DNA of 64,000 nucleotides, taken from assembly GCA_018817715.1 (NCBI GenBank), contig JAHITT010000001.1, positions 109,781-173,780 on the forward strand, given 5' to 3'. The notes under the pieces were generated by a model. The model ran no database searches. It was not told the origin of the DNA and was given only the letters and a program-made list of their open reading frames with translations. Every line of letters starts with the position of its first letter. The first letter of the stretch is position 1. Position numbers and translations under genes: made by a program. Origin of the DNA: Patescibacteria group bacterium (lineage in GTDB: Bacteria; Patescibacteriota; Patescibacteriia; Veblenbacterales; UBA10138). Below, in pieces: positions 55,192-64,000 of the stretch.

Positions 55192-56394
55192 TTATTTAAC
55201 AATAGCCGATACCACACCAGCGCCGACGGTTCGACCGCCTTCACGTATGGCAAAACGTTGGGTAGCTTCCAAAGCTACTGGTGAAATTAACTTAACGTTA
55301 ATTTTAAGTTTATCGCCCGGCATAACCATTTCCGTACCTTCTGGCAAAATAACTTCACCTGTTACATCGGTTGTTCTAATGTAAAACTGAGGCTTATAAC
55401 CTTTTAAGAATGGTGTATGACGACCGCCTTCATCTTTAGTCAAAACATAAATCTCAGCTTCAAATTCAGTATGTGGAGTAACCGTACCTGGTTTGGCCAA
55501 AACCTGACCTCGTTCCACATCGTCCTTTTTTAAACCCCGCAAAAGCAACCCGGCATTATCACCAGCTCGCCCCTCATCTAACTGTTTATTAAACATTTCA
55601 ATACCAGTCACCACAGTCTTTTGAGTGTCTCTTAAACCAATTACTTCAACTTCATCATTCAACTTTAAAATACCACGCTCAATACGGCCAGTTACCACCG
55701 TACCTCGGCCTTCAATAGAAAAAATATCTTCAATCGGCATTAAGAAAGTTTTGTCCACTTCGCGAGTTGGCTCGGGAATATATTCATCTACTTTATTAAC
55801 CAATTCCATAATAGACTGAACATAAGGATCATCAGCTTTACCAGCCTTAGCCGCTTCCAAAGCCTTTAAAGCGCTACCGCGAATAATTGGGGTAGTATCA
55901 CCAGGAAATTCATATTTCTTAAGCAAATCCCTAACTTCTTCTTCCACCAAATCAATTAAATCTTTATCATCCACCATGTCAACTTTATTCAAAAAAACCA
56001 CAATATAAGGCACACCTACCTGACGAGCCAATAAAATATGCTCGCGAGTCTGAGGCATTGGACCATCAGCCGCCGACACAACTAAAATAGCGCCGTCCAT
56101 CTGGGCCGCACCAGTAATCATGTTTTTTACATAATCAGCGTGACCTGGACAATCCACGTGAGCGTAATGCCTCTTGCCTGATTCGTATTCAACGTGAGCG
56201 GTATTAATAGTAATACCACGAGCCTTTTCTTCCGGAGCATTGTCAATCTGATCGACTGACTTGTCCTGAGAAGCATGGCCACCCAACTTAAGTACCTGCA
56301 ACAAAGCCGCGGTCAAAGTAGTTTTGCCGTGGTCAACGTGACCGATAGTACCGATATTAATATGCGGTTTAGAACGGTCAAATTTGTCTGCCAT
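55192..56394 (-). CDS. tuf: elongation factor Tu
   Basis: [29 protein letters not shown]. Confidence 0.95.
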   Translation of the reverse strand: MADKFDRSKPHINIGTIGHVDHGKTTLTAALLQVLKLGGHASQDKSVDQIDNAPEEKARGITINTAHVEYESGKRHYAHVDCPGHADYVKNMITGAAQMDGAILVVSAADGPMPQTREHILLARQVGVPYIVVFLNKVDMVDDKDLIDLVEEEVRDLLKKYEFPGDTTPIIRGSALKALEAAKAGKADDPYVQSIMELVNKVDEYIPEPTREVDKTFLMPIEDIFSIEGRGTVVTGRIERGILKLNDEVEVIGLRDTQKTVVTGIEMFNKQLDEGRAGDNAGLLLRGLKKDDVERGQVLAKPGTVTPHTEFEAEIYVLTKDEGGRHTPFLKGYKPQFYIRTTDVTGEVILPEGTEMVMPGDKLKINVKLISPVALEATQRFAIREGGRTVGAGVVSAIVK

Positions 56395-56554
56395 ATTGAT
56401 TAACTCCTTTACGGCCCTAACTTATCCTGTTTTATTAGATTAACAGGCGCTAAGTTTAGCCAAAAATAATATCTAAAAAAAATATTTAATAATTTAGTAG
56501 CTTGCTTACTCTAGCACGACTTTAAAACTTTAGCAAGTCCCCCCTTAAGGACCT

Positions 56555-56884
56555 TTAGATTGGTTCGGGGTAATACTCGTCATCATTACTTAACCCGCCA
56601 ACTAAACCACCTATTTCCTCCACCTCACCTAATTTAGACTGCGGTAAAGCAATTGGTTCGACTGGTTTACTTTTAGGTGGCCGACCGCGCTTCTTAGTAG
56701 CTGAAGGTGCTAAAGAATTTTTAATAGGTAACGAATCAAGATTTTTTTTACCTTTTACTAAAGCCTCATAATGTTCCAAAGAAGTCAGAATTAAAGTTTG
56801 ACCAGATGGTAATATTACCACCACTTTATCACTGACTGGTCCTAGTAATGCAGCTAAACGTTGCCAATCCAAAACCTCTGACAT
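56555..56884 (-). CDS. hypothetical protein (109 aa) inserted between fusA and tuf, with an AT-hook-like KKRGRPPKSKP motif
   Basis: ORF 3 nt downstream of the fusA stop. The N-terminal half is hydrophobic/structured and the C-terminal half is acidic (DDEYYPEPI). Confidence 0.45.
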   Translation of the reverse strand: MSEVLDWQRLAALLGPVSDKVVVILPSGQTLILTSLEHYEALVKGKKNLDSLPIKNSLAPSATKKRGRPPKSKPVEPIALPQSKLGEVEEIGGLVGGLSNDDEYYPEPI

Positions 56885-56887
56885 AAA

Positions 56888-58966
56888 TTAACTCTTAGCT
56901 TTATCGCCGATTATGGTTTCGGCTACGTGCCGAGGCACTTCAGCGTAATGATCAAACTCCATAGTATTAGAACCACGGCCTTGGGTCATTGACCGAAGAT
57001 TAGTGGCATAGCCGAACATTTCCGATAAAGGCACCAGAGCATCCACCACTTTGGCGTTAGTTCGATCACGCATTTCTAATATTTGACCTCGTTTGGAATT
57101 TAAATCACCAATTACATCACCCATAAAATTTTCCGGCATAACAACTTCTATTTTCATAATCGGTTCTAAAATAACCGGAGTAGCTTGCCTAAAAGCCGAC
57201 TGAAAAGCCATAGAACCAGCAATTTTAAAAGCCGCTTCGGAAGAGTCCACATCATGATAACTACCATCGTAAACAGCCGCCTTAATATCGACCACTGGAT
57301 AACCGGCCAAAATACCATTTTCTAAAGCTTCTTTAATACCTTTTTGGATAGCTGGGATAAATTCACGAGGAATCACACCGCCTCTAACTTCATCAATAAA
57401 TTCAAAACCTTTACCAGTTTCATTCGGCTCTACCCTTACCCAACAATGACCATATTGACCATGGCCACCAGATTGACGGATATATTTACCTTCCGCCTGA
57501 GCGATTTTAGTAATAGTTTCTTTATAAGCCACCTGGGGACGACCAACATTAGCCTCCACCTTAAACTCGCGTCTCATTCTATCAACAATCACATCTAAAT
57601 GTAATTCACCCATTCCCCAAATAATTAACTGACCTGTTTCTTCATCGCTGCGTACCCGGAAAGTTGGATCTTCTTCGGCTAACTTCTGCAAAGCTATGCC
57701 CATTTTTTCCTGATCAACTTTAGTCTTAGGCTCAATAGCCAAAGAAATAACTGGCTCAGGAAAAGTAATGGATTCTAAAATTACTGGATTAGCTTCATCG
57801 CACAAAGTATTACCAGTGGTTGTAACTTTTAAACCAACCGCCGCCACTATGTCACCAGCATAAACCTCTTGCACATCTTCGCGACTATTGGCATGCAAAC
57901 GGACAATCCGACTAATTCTTTCTCGTTCACCATTGGTTGAATTCAAAACATAAGAACCAGACTTTAAAGTACCAGAATAAACCCTAAAAAAGGCCAGCTT
58001 ACCTATAAAAGGATCGGCGGCGATTTTAAAAGCCAAAGCAGAAAAAGATTCTTTGTCATCTGTGCCACGCTTAACCTCTTCTTCTGTACCAGGTTTAAGT
58101 CCTTTAATCGGCGGCACTTCCAAAGGTGATGGCAAATAATCTATAACCCCATCCAACAAAAATTGAACACCTTTATTTTTTAAAGCTGAACCACAAAATA
58201 TCGGCACGATTTTATTAGCAATACAAGCCTGCCGTAAAACCTTTTTTAAATCGGCTACTGGAATTTCTTTGCCTTCTAAATAAACGCTTAATAATTTATC
58301 ATCATGCTCGGCTATGGCTTCAATTAATTTATGGCGATATTCTTCCACTTTGTCTTTCATGTCTTCGGGCACGGCTATCTCTTCCCATTCTTTACCCATA
58401 TCATCTTTATAAATAACTGCTTGACGAGTAAGTAAATCTATAATGCCAGTAAAAGTTTCGGCCGCGCCAATTGGTAATTGAACTGGAAAAGCACTTTTAG
58501 TTAAACGTTCGTGAATGGAAGCAACATCAGCATAAAAATCAGCACCCATACGATCCATTTTGTTTATAAAGGCCAAACGTGGCACTTTGTATTCATCAGC
58601 ATAGCGCCAATTAGTTTCCGATTGTGGCTCTACACCAGCTACACCATCAAAAACCACTACACCACCATCTAAAACGCGCATACTACGTTTAACTTCCACA
58701 GTAAAATCAATATGACCCGGTGTATCTATTAAATTAATTTGATGCCCTTTCCAAAAACAAGTGGTAGCGGCGGCGGTTATAGTAATACCTCTTTCTCTTT
58801 CTTGTTCCATCCAATCCATAGTAGCTTCACCTTCATGAACTTCGCCAATTTTATGTTTTTTGCCAGTATAAAACAAAATACGCTCGGAAACGGTTGTTTT
58901 ACCAGCATCAATATGAGCAATTACCCCTATATTACGTACTTTATCCAAACTGTATTCACGAGCCAT
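56888..58966 (-). CDS. fusA: elongation factor G
   Basis: [23 protein letters not shown], 692 aa. Confidence 0.95.
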   Translation of the reverse strand: MAREYSLDKVRNIGVIAHIDAGKTTVSERILFYTGKKHKIGEVHEGEATMDWMEQERERGITITAAATTCFWKGHQINLIDTPGHIDFTVEVKRSMRVLDGGVVVFDGVAGVEPQSETNWRYADEYKVPRLAFINKMDRMGADFYADVASIHERLTKSAFPVQLPIGAAETFTGIIDLLTRQAVIYKDDMGKEWEEIAVPEDMKDKVEEYRHKLIEAIAEHDDKLLSVYLEGKEIPVADLKKVLRQACIANKIVPIFCGSALKNKGVQFLLDGVIDYLPSPLEVPPIKGLKPGTEEEVKRGTDDKESFSALAFKIAADPFIGKLAFFRVYSGTLKSGSYVLNSTNGERERISRIVRLHANSREDVQEVYAGDIVAAVGLKVTTTGNTLCDEANPVILESITFPEPVISLAIEPKTKVDQEKMGIALQKLAEEDPTFRVRSDEETGQLIIWGMGELHLDVIVDRMRREFKVEANVGRPQVAYKETITKIAQAEGKYIRQSGGHGQYGHCWVRVEPNETGKGFEFIDEVRGGVIPREFIPAIQKGIKEALENGILAGYPVVDIKAAVYDGSYHDVDSSEAAFKIAGSMAFQSAFRQATPVILEPIMKIEVVMPENFMGDVIGDLNSKRGQILEMRDRTNAKVVDALVPLSEMFGYATNLRSMTQGRGSNTMEFDHYAEVPRHVAETIIGDKAKS

Positions 58967-59069
58967 AATAGATAAATCAAAAATTAAAAGTCTTCACCCA
59001 AGGCCTAACCGCTTTGGGCAGTAAGTTTATTATAAAAAATAACCAATAACGATTAACGAACTACCCATC

Positions 59070-59537
59070 TTAAGCAAAATGAGCAAAAGCACGGTTGGCT
59101 TCGGCCATACGATGCACATCCTGTTTTTTCTTAATGGCATCACCTTCATTGTTAGCAGCCGCCATTAATTCCTCGGCCAATTTTAAATGTGTCGGGCGGC
59201 CCTTTTTGGCTCGAGTAGCAGTAATTATCCAACGCATGGCCAAAGTTTGCTTGCGATCTCCCCGAACTTCAATGGGCACTTGATAATTAGCCCCACCTAC
59301 TCGGCGGCTTTTTACTTCTACTTGAGGAGAAACGTTCTTCATAGCCTCATCAAACAAATCCAAAGGTGGCTGTTTGGTCTTTTTTTCCATTTCCGCCAAA
59401 GCTTCATACATTATTTTTCTGGCTACGGTTTTTTTACCGCGTTCCATCAAATGATTTATAAACTTGGCCAACACTACACTGCCGTATTTAGGATCTGGTT
59501 CAATTACTCTTTTAATTGCTTGCTTTTTGCCTCTCAT
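59070..59537 (-). CDS. rpsG: 30S ribosomal protein S7
   Basis: Operon position, conserved core. Confidence 0.9.
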   Translation of the reverse strand: MRGKKQAIKRVIEPDPKYGSVVLAKFINHLMERGKKTVARKIMYEALAEMEKKTKQPPLDLFDEAMKNVSPQVEVKSRRVGGANYQVPIEVRGDRKQTLAMRWIITATRAKKGRPTHLKLAEELMAAANNEGDAIKKKQDVHRMAEANRAFAHFA

Positions 59538-59551
59538 AAATAATCTTAAGC

Positions 59552-59971
59552 TTAGGATTTAGGTTTTTTAACGCCGTATAAAGAACGACCTTGTTTTCTG
59601 TTTTCTACTCCCGAAGTATCATAAACTCCCCTAACAATATGATAACGAACACCTGGTAAATCTTTTACTCGGCCACCCCGGATTAAAACAATAGAGTGCT
59701 CTTGTAAATTATGCCCCACGCCCGGAATATAAGCGGTTACTTCCATACCATTAGACAGGCGAACACGGGCGATTTTCCGCAAAGCTGAGTTAGGTTTTTT
59801 TGGTGTCGTAGTAGTTACCTTAACGCAAACCCCTCTTTTAAAAGCGCTACCCTTAGATAAATAAGTACGCTTGCGCCTTTGGACATTAAAAATAGATTCC
59901 AAGGCTGGAGTTTTGGATTTTTTAGGTAAAGTCTTGCGACCTTTACGCAATAACTGATTTATCGTAGGCAT
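59552..59971 (-). CDS. rpsL: 30S ribosomal protein S12
   Basis: [13 protein letters not shown]...[10 protein letters not shown]... Confidence 0.95.
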   Translation of the reverse strand: MPTINQLLRKGRKTLPKKSKTPALESIFNVQRRKRTYLSKGSAFKRGVCVKVTTTTPKKPNSALRKIARVRLSNGMEVTAYIPGVGHNLQEHSIVLIRGGRVKDLPGVRYHIVRGVYDTSGVENRKQGRSLYGVKKPKS

Positions 59972-60142
59972 AAATTTATAATACTTTTTGGAGCCTTAAG
60001 GATTAACCTTTAAAAGATAAAAAAACAGCTCCACCCAACTATTTATATACGGCTCGGAGTGTAACAAGTATTAAGCCGAACGTCAAGTCAAGCCTTAAAT
60101 AAGCTCACAAGTCCAATTTTATTTATAACTTCTTTAAAATTT

Positions 60143-60760
60143 TTAAAATAAACTACCCGGTGCCACAGCCAATTGAAGCAAAAATTCCATAATCGGCCTT
60201 AACCAATCAAACAGGAATAAAATAAAGAAAAACAAAACAAAAATACCGTATTTTTCCAACCACAATTTAAAACCATACCATTTATCCGGTAATAAAACAT
60301 ACAAAATTTTGGAACCATCCAAAGGCGGAATAGGCACTAAATTAAATACGGCCAATAAAATATTAGCGTAAATAACAATAGTTAAAAAATTAGTCAAACT
60401 ACCCAAATTAACTAACTGAACTACCAAACCTAAAACAAAAGCCACCAGTAGATTAATTACCGGACCAGCCCCACCCACTAAAGCACTGCCCCACTTTTGC
60501 GCCCGTAAAGCCAAAGGATTAAAAGGTACCGGCTTGGCATAAGCAAACAAAAAACCACCGCCCGACACAAAAAACAGCAAAAAAGGTAAAAACAAAGTTC
60601 CCCAAGGATCAATATGGGGCACTGGATTAATAGTTAATCGGCCAGCTAAACGCGGTGTCGGGTCGCCCAAACGATCGGCCATCCAAGCGTGAGCGTATTC
60701 ATGTAAAATAGCTGACGGGATAATAACTATTAAGAAAAAAACCATTTCTAAACTGGACAT
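60143..60760 (-). CDS. peptidase M50 (site-2 protease/SpoIVFB-like) family zinc metalloprotease
   Basis: HEYAHAW (HExxH) in TM1 and NLVPIPPLDG (LDG motif). About 6 TM. Confidence 0.7.
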   Translation of the reverse strand: MSSLEMVFFLIVIIPSAILHEYAHAWMADRLGDPTPRLAGRLTINPVPHIDPWGTLFLPFLLFFVSGGGFLFAYAKPVPFNPLALRAQKWGSALVGGAGPVINLLVAFVLGLVVQLVNLGSLTNFLTIVIYANILLAVFNLVPIPPLDGSKILYVLLPDKWYGFKLWLEKYGIFVLFFFILFLFDWLRPIMEFLLQLAVAPGSLF

Positions 60761-60861
60761 ATAACTTGACGAATAAACTAATAATGCTATACTAAGCTAG
60801 TTTTAAAACTGTCTTGGTAAGTAATACTATAACTTAAATTTAAGCTAATTTCAATCATTTT

Positions 60862-61038
60862 ATGGCTAGAACTTGCGATAAGTGCGCCCGCGGCTATTTA
60901 AAAGCCTTGTCGCGCAGTCACTCCAATATACCAACCCTTAAGCGCCAACATATTAATTTGCAAAGCAAAGTAGTAGATGGTAAAAGGCAAAAACTTTGTA
61001 CTCGTTGTATTAAGGGTTTAAGCAAAAAATCTAATTAG
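60862..61038 (+). CDS. rpmB: 50S ribosomal protein L28 (zinc-ribbon form)
   Basis: 58-aa ORF absent from the ORF track: MARTCDKCARGYLKALSRSHSNIPTLKRQHINLQSKVVDGKRQKLCTRCIKGLSKKSN. MARxC...GNxRSHxxN...KRxxxxNLQ matches L28. Confidence 0.75.
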   Translation: MARTCDKCARGYLKALSRSHSNIPTLKRQHINLQSKVVDGKRQKLCTRCIKGLSKKSN

Positions 61039-61054
61039 TTCATCTAATTTTCCT

Positions 61055-61092
61055 TCAAAGTCTCTGCTCCATCAGAGACTTTTTTGATTAAA
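61055..61092 (+). terminator. rho-independent terminator after rpmB
   Basis: aaagtctctg-ctccat-cagagacttt followed by a T-run. Confidence 0.65.
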
Positions 61093-61109
61093 AAATAACT
61101 AAAAACAAA

Positions 61110-61138
61110 TTGACAAAAGGCCTGTTGAATAATAAAAT
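61110..61138 (+). promoter_or_regulatory. candidate sigma-70 promoter for alaS (TTGACA-17-TAAAAT)
   Basis: TTGACA at 61110-61115, 17-nt spacer, TAAAAT at 61133-61138, about 37 nt upstream of the alaS ATG. Confidence 0.45.
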
Positions 61139-61174
61139 TGACAATATCTTAGCTAAAATTACAGCAACTATTTT

Positions 61175-63034
61175 ATGACTTCTGTCAGTTCTGTCCGCCA
61201 AGCTTATTTAAATTATTTTAAGCAACAACAACATGCTGTTGTGCCTTCGGCACCGCTAGTACCAGACAACGATCCTTCCACCTTATTTACCTCGGCCGGC
61301 ATGCAACCAATAATCCCCTACCTAATGGGCACTAAACATCCTTTAGGCAGTCGCTTGGTTAATTCACAAAAATGTTTTCGCACTCAAGATATCGACGAAG
61401 TCGGTGACAATCGACACACAACCTTTTTTGAAATGTTGGGTAATTGGAGTTTGGGAGATTATTTTAAAAAAGAACAAATTCATTTTGTTTTTGATTTTTT
61501 GGTTAATCATATAAAACTTAATCCCGAGCGTTTATATGTTACAATTTTTCGCGGCGACCCTAACCTTAAAATTGACCAAGATACCGAAGCGGCCGATTTA
61601 TGGAAAAATGAATTTGCCACTGTCGGACTAACCGCTTTAACCGTGCTTAATCCAGAAACAGAAGGTCTAAAAGACGGCCGAATATTTTTTTATGATGATA
61701 GTAAGAATTGGTGGTCCCGGGCTGGTCAACCACAAAATATGCCAGTCGGCGAACTAGGCGGGCCAGATTCAGAAATTTTTTGGGATTTTGGTGCTGATTT
61801 AAAACTGCACGAAAACTCAGCTTGGCAAAATAAACCTTGCCACCCTAATTGCGACTGTGGCCGGTTTATGGAAATTGGTAACAGTGTTTTTATGCAATAT
61901 GCAAAAACTCCAAACGGGTTTGCCCCCTTACCGCAAAAAAATATTGACTTCGGCGGCGGTTTGGAAAGAATTACAGCGGCCGCTAACAACCAACCGGACA
62001 TTTTTAAATTAGATGTTTTTAAAGAAGCTTTAACAATCTTAGAAAAACTAAGCAAGCACACTTATAAGCAAGACGAAATTACCGCTAAATCTTTTAGAGT
62101 AATTTTAGATCATTTAAGGGCTGTAACTTTTTTGCTGAACGACAATGTTTTACCCAGTAATAAAGACCAAGGCTATTTTACCCGCCGGCTAATCCGCCGA
62201 GCCGTACGCTACGCTAACTTAATCGGCCTTAATGAGCCTTTTACCGATAAATTAATCAAAACTTTTATCAACGTTTACGCCAACGATTTTCCCGAACTTA
62301 AAGACCGCCAAGACTCTTTGATAAAAGAAATTTCCAAAGAAGAAACTAAATTTTTAACAACCATTAATAAAGGACTGAACGAATTTAAAAAAATCACCAT
62401 TACTAATAATACGATAACCGGCCAGGACGCTTTTAACTTATTCGCCAGCCACGGCTTTCCTATTGAAATGACGGAAGAAATTGCCACTGAACAAGGCTTT
62501 AAAGTAGACAAAGAAACTTTTTATAAATTACTTAAAGAGCATCAAGATAATTCCCGCACCGCCTCCATAGGCAAATTTCAAGGTGGTTTAGCTGATCACG
62601 GTGAATTAACCACTCGCCTGCACACCGCTACTCACTTAACTCTGCAAGCTTTAAAACAAGTTTTAGATCCACAAATCCAACAAAAAGGTTCTAATATTAC
62701 ACCCCAAAGATTGCGCTTGGATTTTTCTTATCCTAATAAAATAACACCAGAGCAAATAAACCAAGTAGAAACCATAGTTAATGAGCAGATAAAATTAAAC
62801 CTGCCGGTTGTTTGTAAAGAAATGACTTTAGATGAAGCCAAAACTTTAGGAGCCACTGGCGTATTTGAAAATAAATACGGCGCTAGAGTAAAAGTTTATT
62901 CAGTTGGTAATTTTTCCAAAGAAATTTGCGGCGGTCCGCATGTTACCGCTACCGGTGAGTTGGGTACTTATAAAATAACCAAAGAAGAAGCTTCCTCGGC
63001 CGGCGTTAGGCGTCTTAAGGCTGAATTACTATAA
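61175..63034 (+). CDS. alaS: alanyl-tRNA synthetase, short form (catalytic plus editing domains, no C-Ala domain)
   Basis: N-terminal AlaRS catalytic motifs (FTSAGMQP, FRTQDIDEVGDNRHTTFFEMLGNWSLGDYFK). C-terminal editing-site HxxxH (TATHLTLQA) and CxxxH (CGGPHV). Only 619 aa. Confidence 0.8.
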   Translation: MTSVSSVRQAYLNYFKQQQHAVVPSAPLVPDNDPSTLFTSAGMQPIIPYLMGTKHPLGSRLVNSQKCFRTQDIDEVGDNRHTTFFEMLGNWSLGDYFKKEQIHFVFDFLVNHIKLNPERLYVTIFRGDPNLKIDQDTEAADLWKNEFATVGLTALTVLNPETEGLKDGRIFFYDDSKNWWSRAGQPQNMPVGELGGPDSEIFWDFGADLKLHENSAWQNKPCHPNCDCGRFMEIGNSVFMQYAKTPNGFAPLPQKNIDFGGGLERITAAANNQPDIFKLDVFKEALTILEKLSKHTYKQDEITAKSFRVILDHLRAVTFLLNDNVLPSNKDQGYFTRRLIRRAVRYANLIGLNEPFTDKLIKTFINVYANDFPELKDRQDSLIKEISKEETKFLTTINKGLNEFKKITITNNTITGQDAFNLFASHGFPIEMTEEIATEQGFKVDKETFYKLLKEHQDNSRTASIGKFQGGLADHGELTTRLHTATHLTLQALKQVLDPQIQQKGSNITPQRLRLDFSYPNKITPEQINQVETIVNEQIKLNLPVVCKEMTLDEAKTLGATGVFENKYGARVKVYSVGNFSKEICGGPHVTATGELGTYKITKEEASSAGVRRLKAELL

Positions 63035-63061
63035 AATCACCATGAAAATATTAATTACTAA

Positions 63062-63096
63062 ATACTCTTGGGTAATTAACTAAGAGTATTTTTCTG
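63062..63096 (+). terminator. rho-independent terminator after alaS
   Basis: aaatactcttgg-gtaattaact-aagagtattt followed by a T-run. Confidence 0.55.
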
Positions 63097-63167
63097 ATAT
63101 CATAAACAATATCCTTTTATTATTTTTAAATATTAATAGTAACTTTATGAGAATAAATAATAAAAAA

Positions 63168-64000
63168 ATGAGAGTAGCGGTTATTGGTCTAGGTAAACAG
63201 AGTTTGGAAGATCATGTACCAGGTATAATTGGTTCCAGGGAAGCTGAGTTAATTTCAGTTTGTGATATTAACTCAGAAATCGTTGAAAAAATATCCCAAA
63301 AATACAAAGTACCTGGCTATAGTGACTCAGAAAAGATGTTAAATAATGAAAAACTCGATTTCATTCTTGTATCAGTACCTCATTATGCATACCAAACAAT
63401 AGTTGAATCTGCTATAAAACATAAAATAAATATCATTAAAGAAAAACCCTTTGCTATTGATCTAAAATCTGCCAAAAAAATTGTTGAATCGGCTAATAAT
63501 AACGGTGTCCATATTTTAACTACCGTACAAAGGAGGTTTAATCCTATATTTACAACTTTTTTACAACTAGTAAATAAAATAGGTAAAATTTCTTTTTTTG
63601 AAGGTCGCTACACCTTTTTTACTCCCGACCCAGATGGTGGTTGGCGAGGTCAAAAAAAATTAGCTGGCGGAGGATGCTTAATTGATATGGGTTATCACAT
63701 GATTGACCTAATAATATGGTATTTTGGTATGCCTGATAAAATATTTGCAGAAATGTCAGCTACAGCTAAAGAAAACTGCGACTATGATGCCGAGGACACA
63801 GCCTCTTTAACTATGAAATTCGACAAACAAGAAATTTGGGGAAACCTTTTCATTTCCAGAGTGGTCCCGCCCAAAAACGAAATATTTCGAGTAGTAGGCA
63901 CTCGCGGTATAATTGAATTAGAACGGGGTCGACTTGAAAGATTTTCCTCTGATGGTAAAAGTCTAGAAAAATTGTTAAGGGAAAACTCGTGGCCCTCTGC
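63168..64000 (+). CDS. Gfo/Idh/MocA-family NAD(P)-dependent oxidoreductase, 3' end beyond window
   Basis: Rossmann N-terminus MRVAVIGLGKQSLEDHVPGI, and EKPFA motif (IIKEKPFAIDL). AT-rich. An alternative in-frame start lies at 63147. Confidence 0.65.
   Translation, partial: MRVAVIGLGKQSLEDHVPGIIGSREAELISVCDINSEIVEKISQKYKVPGYSDSEKMLNNEKLDFILVSVPHYAYQTIVESAIKHKINIIKEKPFAIDLKSAKKIVESANNNGVHILTTVQRRFNPIFTTFLQLVNKIGKISFFEGRYTFFTPDPDGGWRGQKKLAGGGCLIDMGYHMIDLIIWYFGMPDKIFAEMSATAKENCDYDAEDTASLTMKFDKQEIWGNLFISRVVPPKNEIFRVVGTRGIIELERGRLERFSSDGKSLEKLLRENSWPS

Noticed and set aside
51707-59543. Plus-strand ORFs antisense to rpsS/rplV, rplB, rpsJ, tuf, fusA, rpsG (51707-51958, 52183-52386, 54858-55046, 55625-55819, 57344-57598, 58739-58975, 59095-59283, 59187-59543)
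   Set aside because: Antisense to highly conserved genes; no independent support.
61726-62511. Minus-strand ORFs 61726-62061 and 62275-62511
   Set aside because: Antisense within alaS.
1-64000. CRISPR arrays, rRNA genes, IS/transposase or integrase genes, alternative genetic code
   Set aside because: No repeat-spacer arrays and no rRNA-like conserved stretches were found. No DDE/tyrosine-recombinase motifs were seen in any long ORF. All housekeeping genes read through cleanly with the standard code (no in-frame TGA).

Overview
This is a low-GC (about 40%) bacterial chromosomal segment read with the standard genetic code. Gene content and ribosomal-protein idiosyncrasies suggest a reduced, CPR/Patescibacteria-like genome: uL30 is missing between rpsE and rplO, L24/L28/L33 carry zinc ribbons, and the AspRS (no GAD) and AlaRS (no C-Ala) are truncated forms. 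That lineage assignment is an inference.

The core of the window is a long minus-strand ribosomal super-operon running rpsL-rpsG-fusA-[small ORF]-tuf-rpsJ-[250 bp gap]-rplC...rpsQ-rplN...rpsE-rplO-secY-adk-map, followed by ruvX and a WecA/MraY-like gene. A tRNA cluster reads Thr(GGU)-Tyr-[20-nt Tyr 3' duplicate]-Thr(UGU)-rpmG-Trp. Housekeeping genes include tpiA, scpAB, aspS, asnS, dnaB, recR, ybaB, alaS, rpmB, rplU, corA and rlmH.

The accessory content includes:
- a tRNA-Lys followed 200 bp later by an exact 20-nt repeat of its 3' end, next to a sortase and an LPXTG-anchored protein with a DUF3494 (ice-binding-like) domain and (TPTPTPTI)x5 linker;
- two ECF sigma/anti-sigma pairs;
- a divergent pair of SIMPL-domain proteins beside a P-type Ca2+-type ATPase and a CaCA exchanger;
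- a tightly packed operon rlmH-CYTH-corA-RhuM/Fic-HD-like-AlkD-like;
- a truncated cyanophycin-synthetase-like ATP-grasp protein;
- a DUF3298(RsiV-like)-DUF360-DedA envelope cluster.

No rRNA, CRISPR array, transposase or integrase was recognised. All calls come from reading the translations and DNA by eye; no database search was run.
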